A stretch of 64,000 nucleotides of DNA from Candidatus Oxydemutatoraceae bacterium (GTDB lineage Bacteria; Pseudomonadota; Gammaproteobacteria; Poriferisulfidales; Oxydemutatoraceae): assembly GCA_965220085.1 (NCBI GenBank), contig CBDCOZ010000003.1:992001-1056000 (forward strand), read 5' to 3'. Within the stretch, counting starts at the first letter, position 1. Each line of letters begins with the position of its first letter. The notes under the pieces are model-generated. The model had not been told where the DNA came from, made no database searches, and worked only from the letters and a program-made list of their open reading frames with translations. Below, piece by piece: positions 33,378 to 45,200 of this stretch. The position numbers were made by a program, and so were the translations under genes.

Positions 33378-34688
33378 ATGAGCGCCCCAATGCACAAAAT
33401 AGAATCGGACTATAAAGTCAAAGACATATCTCAGGCCGAGTGGGGCCGGCGGGAAATCGCTATTGCCGAAACAGAAATGCCGGGTTTGATGGCATTGCGC
33501 GAAAAGCACGCCGCCGAACAGCCGCTGCAAGGCGCTTGTATCGCGGGTTGTTTGCACATGACTATCCAGACAGCGGTGCTGATTGAGACCTTGCTTGCGC
33601 TCGGGGCCCGAGTAAGGTGGTCGTCGTGCAACATTTTTTCAACTCAGGATCACGCGGCGGCCGCCATGGCGACGGTCGGTGTGCCGGTGTTTGCATGGAA
33701 AGGCGAGAGCGAGTCGGACTACGACTGGTGCATCGAACAAACCATCATCGGGCCGGATTCGTGGACACCGAACCTATTGCTGGATGACGGCGGCGACTTG
33801 ACCAAAATGGTTCATAACCGCTTCCCGCAACTGTTTGAACACATACGCGGCCTGTCCGAGGAGACGACCACCGGCGTTAAGCGTCTCTATGAGATGATGG
33901 AGCGGGGAGAGCTCAAAACCGTCGCAATCAATGTTAACGACTCTGTCACCAAGTCCAAGTTTGACAACATATACGGTTGCCGCGAATCGCTGCTCGATGG
34001 CATCAAGCGGGCGACGGATACGATGATCGCGGGGAAAATCGCGGTGGTCTGCGGCTATGGCGATGTCGGCAAAGGGTGCGCGCAATCGCTTCGCGCACAA
34101 GGTTGCACGGTATTCATTACCGAGGTGGATCCTATCTGCGCCCTGCAAGCGTGTATGGAAGGTTACCGCGTTGTCACGGTTGAAGACATGGCGGAGCAGG
34201 CGGATATCTTTGTGACCGCAACCGGAAATTGCAATGTGATTACCCGCGACCATATGGCGAAGATGAAAAATCAGGCCATCGTTTGCAATATCGGGCACTT
34301 TGATAATGAGATCGATGTGGGCAGCTTGAGCGGCTGCGGCTGGGAAGAGATCAAGCCGCAAGCAGACCACGTCATCTTTCCCGACGGCAAGCGTATCATC
34401 TTGTTAGCCAAAGGGCGCTTGGTCAATTTGGGTTGCGCCACCGGTCATCCGAGTTTTGTCATGTCCAACTCGTTTACAAACCAGGTGTTGGCACAAATTG
34501 AACTGTGGCAAAATTCCGACCGCTATGGGATAGGCGTACATATTCTGGACAAGCGGTTGGACGAGGAAGTGGCGCGTTTGCACTTGGGCAAGATCGGCGC
34601 CCGCTTGACCAGACTGACACCCGAGCAGTCGGAGTATACCGGCACGCCGCAAGACGGGCCGTACAAGTCCTCCCATTACCGCTATTAA
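33378..34688 (+). CDS. ahcY: Adenosylhomocysteinase
   Basis: [34 protein letters not shown] and GHPSFVMS motifs. Confidence 0.97.
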   Translation: MSAPMHKIESDYKVKDISQAEWGRREIAIAETEMPGLMALREKHAAEQPLQGACIAGCLHMTIQTAVLIETLLALGARVRWSSCNIFSTQDHAAAAMATVGVPVFAWKGESESDYDWCIEQTIIGPDSWTPNLLLDDGGDLTKMVHNRFPQLFEHIRGLSEETTTGVKRLYEMMERGELKTVAINVNDSVTKSKFDNIYGCRESLLDGIKRATDTMIAGKIAVVCGYGDVGKGCAQSLRAQGCTVFITEVDPICALQACMEGYRVVTVEDMAEQADIFVTATGNCNVITRDHMAKMKNQAIVCNIGHFDNEIDVGSLSGCGWEEIKPQADHVIFPDGKRIILLAKGRLVNLGCATGHPSFVMSNSFTNQVLAQIELWQNSDRYGIGVHILDKRLDEEVARLHLGKIGARLTRLTPEQSEYTGTPQDGPYKSSHYRY

Positions 34689-34716
34689 GCGATAGCGCTC
34701 TTGCGACCGGAGCGCC

Positions 34717-35442
34717 GTGAGCAGAACGAACCGGGCATATTGCGAGCAAACTCTGCGCGTCGGCCGCGAGTTTGCGCTAAGCGGAGACGCCCATCACTAT
34801 TTGAGTCGCGTGCTCCGGCTGCGCGGCAAGGACGAGGTGTATTTCTTCAATCACGAAGGACGCGAATTTCTTTGCAAACTGATTGCGGCCGATCGCAAAA
34901 GCAGCGTATTCGCGTGCGAGCGCGAGGTCGATACGCTGGCGGAGGCCGCAATCGCAACCCGGCTCTATCTTGCCGTCTCAAAAAACGAGAGCATGGACTT
35001 TTCATTGCAAAAAGCGACCGAACTGGGCGTGAGCGCGGTACAGCCGTTATTGACCGCGCACAGCAGCCGCGCCGGCGATCGCCTCGGCCATTGGCGCGCG
35101 GTGGCGCGCAGCGCTTGTGAGCAGTGCGGTCGGGCAAAGTTACCCGAGATAAGAGAGCCGATTGCGATTGAGCGGATGGAGAAGGTTCCCGATCGCGTCG
35201 CCGCTTTTGTTTTGGATTTGCAATCCGACGGTGTTCTGGATGCGCAGTCGGAACATTCGCCGATGCCCGATGAAGTGCGTATTGCGGTCGGGCCCGAAGG
35301 CGATTGGCGGGATGACGAGGCGGCGATGCTGAACGAACTCGGTTTCAAATCGGTCTGTCTCGGCGCGCGTGTTTTGCGCTGCGATACGGCGGTTGTCGTT
35401 GCCTTGGGCATCGCGCAACACCAACTCGGCGCGCTGAAATAG
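34717..35442 (+). CDS. rsmE: 16S rRNA m3U1498 methyltransferase
   Basis: HYLSRVLRL, QKATELGV, ACEQCGR, VGPEGD and LGARVLRCDTA motifs. Confidence 0.92.
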   Translation: MSRTNRAYCEQTLRVGREFALSGDAHHYLSRVLRLRGKDEVYFFNHEGREFLCKLIAADRKSSVFACEREVDTLAEAAIATRLYLAVSKNESMDFSLQKATELGVSAVQPLLTAHSSRAGDRLGHWRAVARSACEQCGRAKLPEIREPIAIERMEKVPDRVAAFVLDLQSDGVLDAQSEHSPMPDEVRIAVGPEGDWRDDEAAMLNELGFKSVCLGARVLRCDTAVVVALGIAQHQLGALK

Positions 35443-35704
35443 GGGGTGATATCTGACTCCGCCCGCCCGACAGCGGAGGTCGTTGCAAGTTGCGACTACG
35501 ACGGCACAGTCTGCAACAGCCCGTATCGCCGCGCGTGTTTTACGCTGCGATACGGCGGTTGTCGTTGCCTTGGGCATCGCGCAACACCAACTCGGCGCGC
35601 TGAAATAGGGGATGATATTTGACTCCGCTCGCCCGACAACGGAAGCCGTTGCCAGCCGCGACCGCGACGGCACAGTCTCAAACAGCTTGTCTCGCCGCGC
35701 GTGT
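35364..35704 (+). repeat. 166-bp tandem duplication spanning the rsmE 3' end and downstream DNA
   Basis: Units start at 35364 and 35530; the 9-mer CGCGCGTGT occurs at 35364, 35530 and 35696. Confidence 0.95.
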
Positions 35705-35707
35705 CAC

Positions 35708-36940
35708 TCAATAGTTCTCGCTGACATATTTTTCCAGCAAGTCCTTAAAATCTTGCGCCAGCGTATCGCCCGACAAGGTGAGCGTATGTTTTCCATCGAC
35801 ATAGACCGGAGCGACAGGCTTCTCGCTGGTTCCCGGCAGGCTGATACCGATGTTTGCGTGGCGACTCTCTCCCGGGCCGTTGACGACGCATCCCATCACC
35901 GCCACTTTTATATCTTCGACTCCCCGATGATCTTTCTTCCATGCCGGCATTCGTTGACGAATGTAATCGCGCACTTCGGCGGTTAACACGCGGAAATAGT
36001 CGCTGTCGGTGCGACCGCATCCGGGGCAGGCGGTTATCGACGGCGCGAAAGATCGCAGGCCGAGGCTCTGCAAAATTTCTTGCGCAATGAACACCTCCTG
36101 CGTCCTGTCTTGCCCCGGTTCCGGCGTCAGGGATACGCGGATGGTATCGCCTATGCCTTCGTTGAGCAGGATGGCGATTGCGGCGCTCGATGCGACGGTT
36201 CCTTTGAGCCCCATGCCCGCTTCGGTCAGACCGAGGTGCAGCGGGTAATCGCATAAGCGCGCCAGTTTGCGATAGACCCGAATTAATTCTTGCACATCGC
36301 TGAGTTTGCACGATATGACAATCTGATCGTGTGCCAGACCGAGCTCTTCCGCCCGTTGCGCACTGCCGAGGGACGACTCGATCAGCGTTTCCCGGACAAT
36401 CGCCTCCAGCGAACGCGGTTGCTTCTGTTTTGCATTGCTGTCTAATCGCTTCTGTAGCAAGTCCTGATCCAAGCTGCCCCAATTGACGCCGATACGCACC
36501 GGCTTATTGAAACGGCATGCAATTTCAATCAGTTGGGCAAACTGTATGTCGTGTTTTGCCTTGCGCCCGACATTGCCGGGATTGATGCGCAGTTTGGAAA
36601 GCGCCTCGGCACACGCGGGGTTGTTGGCCAACAGCTTGTGTCCGTTGTAATGAAAGTCGCCGACTATCGGAACGGCAATGCCTCGCTGTGCGAGTTGCTC
36701 CGCAATATGCGGGACAGCCCGCGCGGCTTTCTCATTATTGACCGTCAGGCGCACTATTTCGGAACCGGCTTCGGCGAGAGCGGCGGTTTGCGCGACGGTC
36801 GCGCCGATATCCGCGGTATCCGTGCTGGTCATGGACTGCACCGCGACGGGCGTACCGCCGCCGATCGTCAGGCGCCCGATTTTTACCGCGACCGCATGGC
36901 GGCGGATTGGCAGGGATATTTCCGGTGGCATATTGGACAT
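35708..36940 (-). CDS. ispG: (E)-4-hydroxy-3-methylbut-2-enyl-diphosphate synthase
   Basis: [27 protein letters not shown] and [10 protein letters not shown] motifs. Confidence 0.96.
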   Translation of the reverse strand: MSNMPPEISLPIRRHAVAVKIGRLTIGGGTPVAVQSMTSTDTADIGATVAQTAALAEAGSEIVRLTVNNEKAARAVPHIAEQLAQRGIAVPIVGDFHYNGHKLLANNPACAEALSKLRINPGNVGRKAKHDIQFAQLIEIACRFNKPVRIGVNWGSLDQDLLQKRLDSNAKQKQPRSLEAIVRETLIESSLGSAQRAEELGLAHDQIVISCKLSDVQELIRVYRKLARLCDYPLHLGLTEAGMGLKGTVASSAAIAILLNEGIGDTIRVSLTPEPGQDRTQEVFIAQEILQSLGLRSFAPSITACPGCGRTDSDYFRVLTAEVRDYIRQRMPAWKKDHRGVEDIKVAVMGCVVNGPGESRHANIGISLPGTSEKPVAPVYVDGKHTLTLSGDTLAQDFKDLLEKYVSENY

Positions 36941-36990
36941 AGCACTGATGACATTATAATACGAAGGGTATATCCGTTACGCATTGTTTG

Positions 36991-37395
36991 ATGATAATAA
37001 CTACGATTACCCGCCGCACAACCGGCAGGGGGCCACACGAATTAACGCAACAAGTCCGAGACTTGATCCCGCCGGATAGCCAAGGGATTTGCCACCTGTT
37101 TATCCGCCATACCAGCGCTTCGTTAATCATCACCGAGAATGCCGACCCCGATGTGCATAAAGACTTGGAGCGTTTTATGTCTGATCTGGCGCCGGACGGG
37201 GATTCCCGCTTTTGCCATGTCGCAGAAGGCGCCGACGACATGTCGGCGCATATCAGGTCGGTTTTGACGCAAACTTCCTTGGCCATTCCGGTCGCAGGCG
37301 GGCGGTTGCAACTCGGCGTGTGGCAGGGAATCTATTTGTGGGAACATCGGACTTCCCCGCGCGAACGAAAGGTTGTGTTCGGCCTTCTCACATAA
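36991..37395 (+). CDS. YjbQ/UPF0047 family protein
   Basis: HTSASLIITENADPDV and LGVWQGIYLWEHR motifs. Confidence 0.9.
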   Translation: MIITTITRRTTGRGPHELTQQVRDLIPPDSQGICHLFIRHTSASLIITENADPDVHKDLERFMSDLAPDGDSRFCHVAEGADDMSAHIRSVLTQTSLAIPVAGGRLQLGVWQGIYLWEHRTSPRERKVVFGLLT

Positions 37396-37414
37396 GCCGC
37401 CATACATCGCAAAT

Positions 37415-38497
37415 ATGTCCGACCGAAGAGCACATGTAGATTTCCATGACGTCAGCAAACGCTATGGCAATTCGTGTGTGGTGGACAATCTCTCGTTGCG
37501 CGTCTACGACAGCGAATTCCTGACGATATTGGGGCCGTCCGGATCGGGCAAAACCACATGCCTGATGATGCTGGCCGGTTTTGAGAATGTGAGCTCCGGA
37601 TCCATCGCAATCCATGGCCGACGGGCGAATGATATTCCGCCGCACAAACGGAATATCGGCTTTGTCTTTCAGCACTACGCGCTTTTCCCGCATATGACGG
37701 TGGCGGACAACTTGGCTTTCCCGCTACAGGTGCGCAAGACCGCCCGCGCGACGATAAAAGAGCGTGTCGCCGAGACCTTGGAGATGGTCAAGCTCGGGGA
37801 TTTTGCCAAGCGTTTTCCGGCGCAACTCTCGGGCGGGCAACAACAACGGGTCGCGCTTGCCCGCGCCTTGATATTCCGCCCCGATCTGGTTTTGATGGAT
37901 GAGCCGCTCGGCGCGTTGGATAAGCGGCTCAGAGAGCGGATGCAGTATGAGATGAAGCGCTTGCACGAAGAGCTTCGCTTCACCGCGCTTTATGTCACGC
38001 ACGATCAAAACGAAGCGCTGGTTATGTCGGATCGAATCGCGGTATTTAACGAAGGCAAGATACAACAGATCGATGAGCCGGATGTGCTGTACGAATCCCC
38101 CGCCAACGCTTTTTCCGCCGCTTTCATCGGCGAGAATAATATGCTGAACGGCAGGTTGCTGCGGACATCCGGCGACACATGCGCGGTTGAGTTAGACAAC
38201 GATAATCGCCTGCAAGGCACCCCGGTTAATTTGCCGCCGGGGGCTTCGCAGGTAGCGGCGGCTATCCGGCCCGAGCGGATACTGATAAATCCCGACGATG
38301 GCTGCCGTAATATCTTGTCGGCAAAGGTGCGCCAGTCGGTTTATTTCGGGGACTATATGCGCGTAGTCGTCGCTCTGTCGCAGGAACAGGAACTGGCGAT
38401 TAAGCTTCCCAATGACAGAAGCAAGGGCAATCCGGCAATCGGGCAACGGGTTAAAATAGGCTGGCACCCGGGAGACTGCCGCGTGTTTGCAATCTGA
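37415..38497 (+). CDS. PotA-like ABC transporter ATP-binding protein
   Basis: GPSGSGKTT, LSGGQQQRVALAR and DEPLGALD motifs; TOBE-like tail. Confidence 0.92.
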   Translation: MSDRRAHVDFHDVSKRYGNSCVVDNLSLRVYDSEFLTILGPSGSGKTTCLMMLAGFENVSSGSIAIHGRRANDIPPHKRNIGFVFQHYALFPHMTVADNLAFPLQVRKTARATIKERVAETLEMVKLGDFAKRFPAQLSGGQQQRVALARALIFRPDLVLMDEPLGALDKRLRERMQYEMKRLHEELRFTALYVTHDQNEALVMSDRIAVFNEGKIQQIDEPDVLYESPANAFSAAFIGENNMLNGRLLRTSGDTCAVELDNDNRLQGTPVNLPPGASQVAAAIRPERILINPDDGCRNILSAKVRQSVYFGDYMRVVVALSQEQELAIKLPNDRSKGNPAIGQRVKIGWHPGDCRVFAI

Positions 38498-38527
38498 ATG
38501 TATCATTTAATAATCTGAGTCAAGCCA

Positions 38528-39625
38528 ATGCGCCATAACAACCTCTTTCGCGAAACATCTTTTGTTTCTATGTTCTTAAGCTTATTGCTTTGCGGCGCTC
38601 TTGCCGGAGCCGGCGAAGCGCTGACTGTCACATCGTGGGGCGGCGCGTATTCGCATAGCCAGATCAAGGCTTACCACGAACCGTTCACCGCCAAAACCGG
38701 CATCCGCATCAACGCCGAGGATTACAACGGCGGCCTGGCGGAAGTGCGGGTGCAAGCGCAGTCCGGCAATGTCACCTGGGATGTGGTCGATATGTCTCTG
38801 TCTTCGGTCATCCGCGGGTGCGAAGAAGGGTTGCTCCACGAGTTGGATCTCGCCGCCTTCCCGCCGGCGCCCGACGGCGCGCCGGCCGAGGAAGACTTTT
38901 TGCCCGAGACCCTGGTGTCGGAGTGCGGCGCGCCGCTGATTATCTGGTCGACTATTTTTGCTTATGACAAGAGCAAATTCCCGCAGCGCAAACCGCAGCA
39001 TCTGGAAGATTTCTTTGACTTGGAAAAATTTCCGGGGCGCAGGGCATTGCGCAAGTCGCCGCGCTCCACCCTTGAGTTTGCATTGATGGCAAGCGGCGTC
39101 GCCGCGGCGGACGCATACGCCGTGCTATCGACCCCGCAGGGGCTCAAACGCGCGTTTGCAAAGCTCGACACGATCAAAGAGCATACGGTGTGGTGGGAGG
39201 CCGGCGCGCAGCCGCCGTTATTGTTGTCCGACGGCGAAGTGGCGATGGCGACGGCCTATAACGGCCGCATTTTCAACGCCTACAACAAAGAGAAAAAGCC
39301 GTTTGAAATTGTCTGGGACAGACAAATCTGGTATCGCAACTACTATGCCATCGTCAAAGGCACGCCGCGCTATAAACAGGCTCTGGAATACGTAAAATTT
39401 GCATCAGCCGCCAAACAACTGGCCAATCAGGCGCGGCATATCTCCTATGGGCCGGCGCGGCAATCGTCTATGGCGATGATTGCGACGCATGCCGAAACAG
39501 GAATTGATATGCGACCGCACATGCCGACCGAACACTTTGAAAACGTGTTGGAGAACGATTTTGAATGGTGGGCGGATTACGAAGACGAGATGACCGACCG
39601 CTTTAACACCTGGCTCGCCAAATAG
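38528..39625 (+). CDS. ABC transporter substrate-binding protein (PotD-like, polyamine/opine family)
   Basis: Signal peptide; LTVTSWGGAY, DFFDLEKFPGRR and VWWEAGAQPP motifs. Confidence 0.88.
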   Translation: MRHNNLFRETSFVSMFLSLLLCGALAGAGEALTVTSWGGAYSHSQIKAYHEPFTAKTGIRINAEDYNGGLAEVRVQAQSGNVTWDVVDMSLSSVIRGCEEGLLHELDLAAFPPAPDGAPAEEDFLPETLVSECGAPLIIWSTIFAYDKSKFPQRKPQHLEDFFDLEKFPGRRALRKSPRSTLEFALMASGVAAADAYAVLSTPQGLKRAFAKLDTIKEHTVWWEAGAQPPLLLSDGEVAMATAYNGRIFNAYNKEKKPFEIVWDRQIWYRNYYAIVKGTPRYKQALEYVKFASAAKQLANQARHISYGPARQSSMAMIATHAETGIDMRPHMPTEHFENVLENDFEWWADYEDEMTDRFNTWLAK

Positions 39626-39674
39626 GCCCCGCCGCTTGTGACGACGGGAACGATCGGGGCGGCGGCAAAAATCG

Positions 39675-40889
39675 GTGAAGCTGGCTAAATTCATAACAGA
39701 AACCTCAAGCATCCATCACCGGGGCATGGCTGTCGTACTGGTCCTGCCGCTGCTGTTATTCCTCGTATTCACTTATATCGTGCCTTTGGCCGATATTCTG
39801 TTCTATAGCGTAGACAACACGCCGCTGGCAAAACACATGCCGCGCGCCGCCGCCGCTCTGTCCGAGTGGGACGGTCTGGCGCTGCCCGATGATGACATGT
39901 TCAATACTGTCGGCGAAGACTTGGCGCGCGCTTACCGCAACCATTCAATCGGGCAAGTCGCAAACCACATCAACCATAAGCTGAGCGGCATGCGGAGCTT
40001 TTTGATCCGCACGGCGCGTCGTCTGGCAAAGTCGGAAGACACGCCTCATCGCTCCGCAATGATAGCGATCGACGAGCGCTGGGGCAAGCGCGAAACATGG
40101 GCGGCGTTGAAAGACGCCGCGCCGCGGCTGACCGCCGACAACTATTTGACAGCGCTTGATTTGCGCGCCGCCGACGGTGAGATCGTCCGGCAACCGGAAG
40201 ACAAAAGGATTTACCTGAAGATATTCTGGCGCACCTTGTGGGTCAGTTTTGTCGTCACATTAATCTGCCTCTTGCTGGGCTTTCCGGTCGCATATCTGAT
40301 GGCAAGCCTGCCGTTGCGCATCAGCAATTGGCTCATGATTATGGTCCTGTTGCCTTTTTGGACTTCGCTTTTGGTGCGGGCGGTGAGTTGGATCGTATTG
40401 CTGCAATCCAGCGGCGTACTCAACAGCATACTGGTATGGAGCGGTCTGATAGACGACAGCGAGCGGGTGCGGCTCATATTCAACCTCACAGGCACCGTGA
40501 TCGTGATGTCGTACGTCTTGTTGCCGTTTATGGTCTTGCCGCTATACAGCGTGATGAAGACGATTCCAAAGACAGTCGCGCGGGTCGCTATCTCGCTGGG
40601 CGCGCATCCGGTCACAGCGTTTTATCGCGCCTATTTGCCGCAGGCGGCGCCGGGCATCGCCGCCGGCAGTCTGCTGGTATTTATGCTGGCGGCGGGTTAC
40701 TACATCACGCCGGCGCTGGTCGGCGGTCAGAGCGGGCAGTTGATCAGCAACTTCATCGTCTATCACATCAAGACTTCGTTGAATTGGGGGCTCGCCGCCG
40801 CAATCGGAATCATCCTGCTTCTGGTCGTGCTGCTCGCATACAGAATCTACAATAAAGTTGCGGGTGTCGGCAAAGTGAAAATGATATGA
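39675..40889 (+). CDS. ABC transporter permease (PotB-like)
   Basis: LLPFWTSLLVR, LLPFMVLPLYSVM and GYYITPALVGG motifs; start could be the ATG at 39726. Confidence 0.88.
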   Translation: MKLAKFITETSSIHHRGMAVVLVLPLLLFLVFTYIVPLADILFYSVDNTPLAKHMPRAAAALSEWDGLALPDDDMFNTVGEDLARAYRNHSIGQVANHINHKLSGMRSFLIRTARRLAKSEDTPHRSAMIAIDERWGKRETWAALKDAAPRLTADNYLTALDLRAADGEIVRQPEDKRIYLKIFWRTLWVSFVVTLICLLLGFPVAYLMASLPLRISNWLMIMVLLPFWTSLLVRAVSWIVLLQSSGVLNSILVWSGLIDDSERVRLIFNLTGTVIVMSYVLLPFMVLPLYSVMKTIPKTVARVAISLGAHPVTAFYRAYLPQAAPGIAAGSLLVFMLAAGYYITPALVGGQSGQLISNFIVYHIKTSLNWGLAAAIGIILLLVVLLAYRIYNKVAGVGKVKMI

Positions 40890-41722
40890 GCGGCAAGGCC
40901 TGCAAGTTTGGCGCATCACTGGGACGGGGAATGTACCTGACATTTTGCGGTTTGGTTTTTGCTTTTCTGGTTCTGCCGCTGGCGGTTATCATCCCGCTTT
41001 CGTTCAATGCCGAACCATACTTCACGTTTACCCGCGAGATGCTGTCGCTTGAACCCGAAGCCTTCTCGTTGCGTTGGTATCGCGATATCGGCGTCAACCC
41101 GCAGTGGGGTTTGGCTTTTAAGAACAGCTTTATCATCGCGATAGCCGCCACCGTCTTATCCGTCGTCTTGGGAACGTGCGCCGCGCTGGGCCTGAACAAC
41201 CGCCATTTCCCGGCCCGGGCTTTCGTCATGAGCCTGCTTATCTCTCCCATCGTTGTCCCGATTATCATCTCCGCGGTCGGCATGTTCTTTTTTTACTCAT
41301 CGATTAACCTGTCCCAAACACTGACCGGGATCGTACTGGCGCACACCGTACTGGGTTCGCCGTTTGTCGTGATTACCGTGACAGCATCCTTGTCCCGTCT
41401 CAGCGAATCTCTGCCGTGTGCCGCTATGAGTTTGGGCGCTTCGCCGCCGCAGGCATTTTTCAAAGTCACTCTGCCGCAGATCACGCCGGGTATTTTTGCC
41501 GGAGGGTTATTCGCCTTTGCCACATCGTTTGACGAAGTGGTCGCGGTGTTGTTTTTGGCCGGCTTTGAACAACGCACGGTGCCGCGTCAGATGTGGGCCG
41601 GACTCAACGAGCAGATCAGCCCGACGATACTGGCGGTCGCGGTGTTATTGATCAGTGTTTCTATATTACTGATTATCGTAGCGGAGTTCCTGCGTCGGCG
41701 GGCACGGACAAGCGGCGACTAA
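40886..41722 (+). CDS. ABC transporter permease (PotC-like)
   Basis: FSLRWY, LAHTVLGSPFV and FATSFDEVV motifs. Confidence 0.9.
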   Translation: MSGKACKFGASLGRGMYLTFCGLVFAFLVLPLAVIIPLSFNAEPYFTFTREMLSLEPEAFSLRWYRDIGVNPQWGLAFKNSFIIAIAATVLSVVLGTCAALGLNNRHFPARAFVMSLLISPIVVPIIISAVGMFFFYSSINLSQTLTGIVLAHTVLGSPFVVITVTASLSRLSESLPCAAMSLGASPPQAFFKVTLPQITPGIFAGGLFAFATSFDEVVAVLFLAGFEQRTVPRQMWAGLNEQISPTILAVAVLLISVSILLIIVAEFLRRRARTSGD

Positions 41723-41735
41723 AGCGGCGAAACCG

Positions 41736-41809
41736 CGCTCCCGACAGGAGTCGAACCTGTGACATCCTTCTTAGGAGGAAGGCGCTCTATCCGGCTGAGC
41801 TACGGGAGC
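41736..41809 (-). tRNA. tRNA-Arg (anticodon CCT); CCA not encoded
   Basis: Minus strand GCTCCCGTAGCTCAGCCGGATAGAGCG CCTTC-CTCCTAA-GAAGG ATGTC ACAGGTTCGACTCCTGT CGGGAGCG forms a complete cloverleaf. Confidence 0.95.
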
Positions 41810-41856
41810 CATGCGGTTATTCCGTAATGATACCCGATTGCGGAAAATAAGGGCGA

Positions 41857-42231
41857 TCACCCCTGCTTTTCCCACCCGGCTTTTTTGTGCTCAATACGGG
41901 CGCTGGTTTGGATTCCGCCGCGGCGATTGAAATGCGCTTGCAAACACATATACCGCGGCGCGATCGCAGCGCACAGATGATCCAATATTTCATTGCTGAC
42001 CGCTTCGTGAAAAGCGCCGCGGTCTCTGAAAGTCCATATATAGTTTTTGAGGCTCTTGAGTTCTATGCACAACTTATCCGGAATATACTCTATTTTTATG
42101 CGGGCAAAATCCGGCTGCCCGGTCAGGGGGCAGAGACAGGTAAACTCAGGGATATCAATATAGATGGTATAATCTCTGCTATCCCTAGGGTTGTCAAAAG
42201 TCTCAATATTTTTATCCGGTCTGTTAGTCAT
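41857..42231 (-). CDS. queF: NADPH-dependent preQ0 reductase, short (type 1) form
   Basis: [25 protein letters not shown] and RRGGI motifs. Confidence 0.93.
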   Translation of the reverse strand: MTNRPDKNIETFDNPRDSRDYTIYIDIPEFTCLCPLTGQPDFARIKIEYIPDKLCIELKSLKNYIWTFRDRGAFHEAVSNEILDHLCAAIAPRYMCLQAHFNRRGGIQTSARIEHKKAGWEKQG

Positions 42232-42297
42232 TTGGGCAATTCAATAATTGTAAAAATTCTTTGAGGCGATAGATTGTAACCCGATTCAAGCAATAAT

Positions 42298-45200
42298 ATG
42301 AAGGTCAAAAAGGTAAAACTGACTGGTTTTAAGTCTTTTGTAGATTCCACAACGATGGAAATCACATCGGGCATGACCGGCATCGTCGGCCCGAACGGCT
42401 GCGGAAAATCCAATATCATCGATGCGGTGCGCTGGCTGATGGGACAGTCCGCCCGCAATATTCGCGCAACCAACGTAGAAGATGTGATCTTCAACGGCAC
42501 CAGCGCGCGCAAGCCGGTCGGGCAGGCGTCGGTCGAACTGGTATTCGGCAATGAGGACGGCTCTTTTGGCGGGCGCTACGCATCCTTTGGCGAGATATCG
42601 GTCAAGCGCACCGCCGACCGGGCGCGGGATTCAAAGTACTTTATCAATAATGTCCGCTGTCGCCGGCGCGATGTCGCCGACCTGTTTCTGGGCACCGGTC
42701 TTGGCACGCACAGCTATGCGCTGGTCGAGCAGGGCATGATATCCAGAATCATCGAAGCGGACCCCAAAGAGATGCGGCGCTATGTCGAAGAAGCCGCCGG
42801 CATTTCAAAATATCACGAACGGCGGCGCGAGGCCGAGATACGCATACGCCACACGCGCGAAAACCTCGACCGCCTGCTTGATATCCGCGAAGAAGTGACA
42901 AAGCAGTTGGACAAACTCAAACGGCAGGCAAAGAGCGCGCAGAAGTTTAAGGAGTTGCGGCTTGAGAAAGACAAAATCTCGGCGACGATTGCGGCGCTGG
43001 AATTGCGCGCGCACAAGGAAAAATGCGACGACTGCGAACGTCAATTATCGGATTTGCGGGTTGAGGTCGAGCGCGAGCGGGCGCAGTTGCGCGGCAACGA
43101 AGCCGAGACGGAGGAGAAGCGTGTCGGCCAGACCGAATCAAACCGCAAGCTCAATGAAATACGCGAAGAATTTTACCGCCTCAATGCGAGCGTGGGAGGC
43201 GTGGAACAGGATATTGCGAATCGCCGCAAGAATGCGGAGCAGATCAAAGCGGAAGTGGCGGCGGTTGCCGAAGCGTTGCGCAAATGCGAAGAAAAAATAC
43301 GCGAACAGGAAAGCAAACATGCTCGGACAAAAACCAAACTCAGCGAGACCGAGGAGGAGGCGGCCGCTGCGAATAGCGAATTGGCGGAGATCGATAAGCG
43401 GTTAAAGGACGAGGAGGATGCCTTTGCCAAGGCGAGCCGCGAGTGGGAGCGCCAGCACAGCGACGCATCGGAGGCGAATGAGGCGCTTGAGGTCAGCGCG
43501 ATCAAAGCCGACTACTGCGACCGCGAATTGGAAGAGATAGCGCGCCAAGAGAAGGAGCTGAAGGAGAGCCGGGCGGGGTTGGATGCGGACGGTTTGAAGC
43601 GGCAAGTTGCGGACTTGTATGAATACCGCAACACGTGCCGCGCGGATATTGACAAGCGCGCGGAACAAATCAGCGACTTGCAAAATGCGGTGGCGGCCTG
43701 CCGCAAAGAGTTGAACGAGGCGGAGCAAGCGAGCGCGGATTCGCGGCAGAAACTGCACGAAGTGCGCGAGCAATTGGCGTCGCTCAAAGCCTTGCAAGAC
43801 GCCGACGGCGGCGAGGCTTTTTCCAAATGGCTGATGCGACACGATCTGGCCGAAGCGCCTCGTCTGGCGACCAAGTTGGAGTTGGATCAGAAATGGGCGA
43901 CGGCGGTTGAAACGGTGTTGGGCAATCTGCTGACTGCGGTGGAGGTCGATTCGCTGGAGCGTTATGCGAAGGACATCGGGCAATCGGATTTGGATATGCT
44001 CGTGATGTTTGAGAAGACAGAGGATGTAAAGGGCGAAGAGCGCTCTCTTGCGTCAAAGGTCAAAACCGACTGCGGCATTAACTCGTTGCTCGGGCAGATC
44101 GTGTTGGCGGACGATCTGGAACAGGCGCTCGCCATGCGCAAGGACTTTTCAAGCCGCCAGTCCGCCGTTACGCCGGACGGTTTCTGGGTCGGGCATAACT
44201 GGATTCGGGCGCATCGGCAGAGCGACAAGAAGAAGAGCATTCTGGCGCGCCAGCATATTATCGATGAGTTAAACGGGCAATACAAGGAACTCGGCGAGCA
44301 AGCCAAATCTTGCGAGGAAGAGGGGGGACGGGTCAAAGCGAAGTTAGCCGATAACGAAAACCGGCTTGAGCAAACGCAAAAGGAGCGGCTTGACTTGCTC
44401 GACCGGACATCGGCAGCGGAAGCGGATTGGCGGCGCGCGGAAGTGAAGCTGGATCACGCGCAGGATATGCTCGCTGAGCTCGATGACAAAGAGGTCCAAC
44501 TGAGCGAGTGGCGCAAGTCTATCGAAGCGCAACGCGCCGAACACGTGAAGTTGCGCGACGAGTTGATGGGTTCGGCGTCGGTTCAAAGCGCCAATCGCAG
44601 CACGATTAAAAATACCTATCTGGAATCCGAGAAAAAAGTTGCCGCGCTGAGAGAGAGTCTGCGTCTGGCCCAAGACACATTGCACAAAATTGAAATTGAA
44701 CGGCATTCGCTGACGACCTTGGCCGCGAGTCTGGGCGAGAGTTTGAACCACCTCCGCCATCAAAAAGAAGAGCTCAGCGCCCGCCGCCAATCGCTTGTCA
44801 ATACGGAGAAGGATTTCCATGATCCGATCGAATCCAAGCGCGGCGAATTGAAGCGGCTGATTGAACAGCGCCAGGAATGCGAGGAAAAAGTGCGGGAAAA
44901 GACCGCCGAACTGGACATGCTTCAGCGCGAGACAGACACGCTGGAAAGGCAGCGGCGCGACATAGAGACCTTGCACGGCGAGTTGTTGGAGAAGCGCGGC
45001 AAGATTCAAGTGGACTTGCGCGAAGGTCGCATGCGCAGCGAGGATGCCGAGGAGCGCATCAAAGCGCTGGACATGTCGGCTGATGAGATAGAAAAAGAAC
45101 TGACCGACGAAGACAGCCTCGACAGTCTGCAAGAGAAACTGACAAAAACAGAGCGGCGCATCGATCGCCTGGGCCCGATTAATCTGGTTGCCGATCAGGA

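Noticed and set aside
41736-41809. tRNA-anchored genomic island
   Set aside because: No integrase and no duplicated tRNA 3' end were seen; the flanking genes look like ordinary chromosomal genes.
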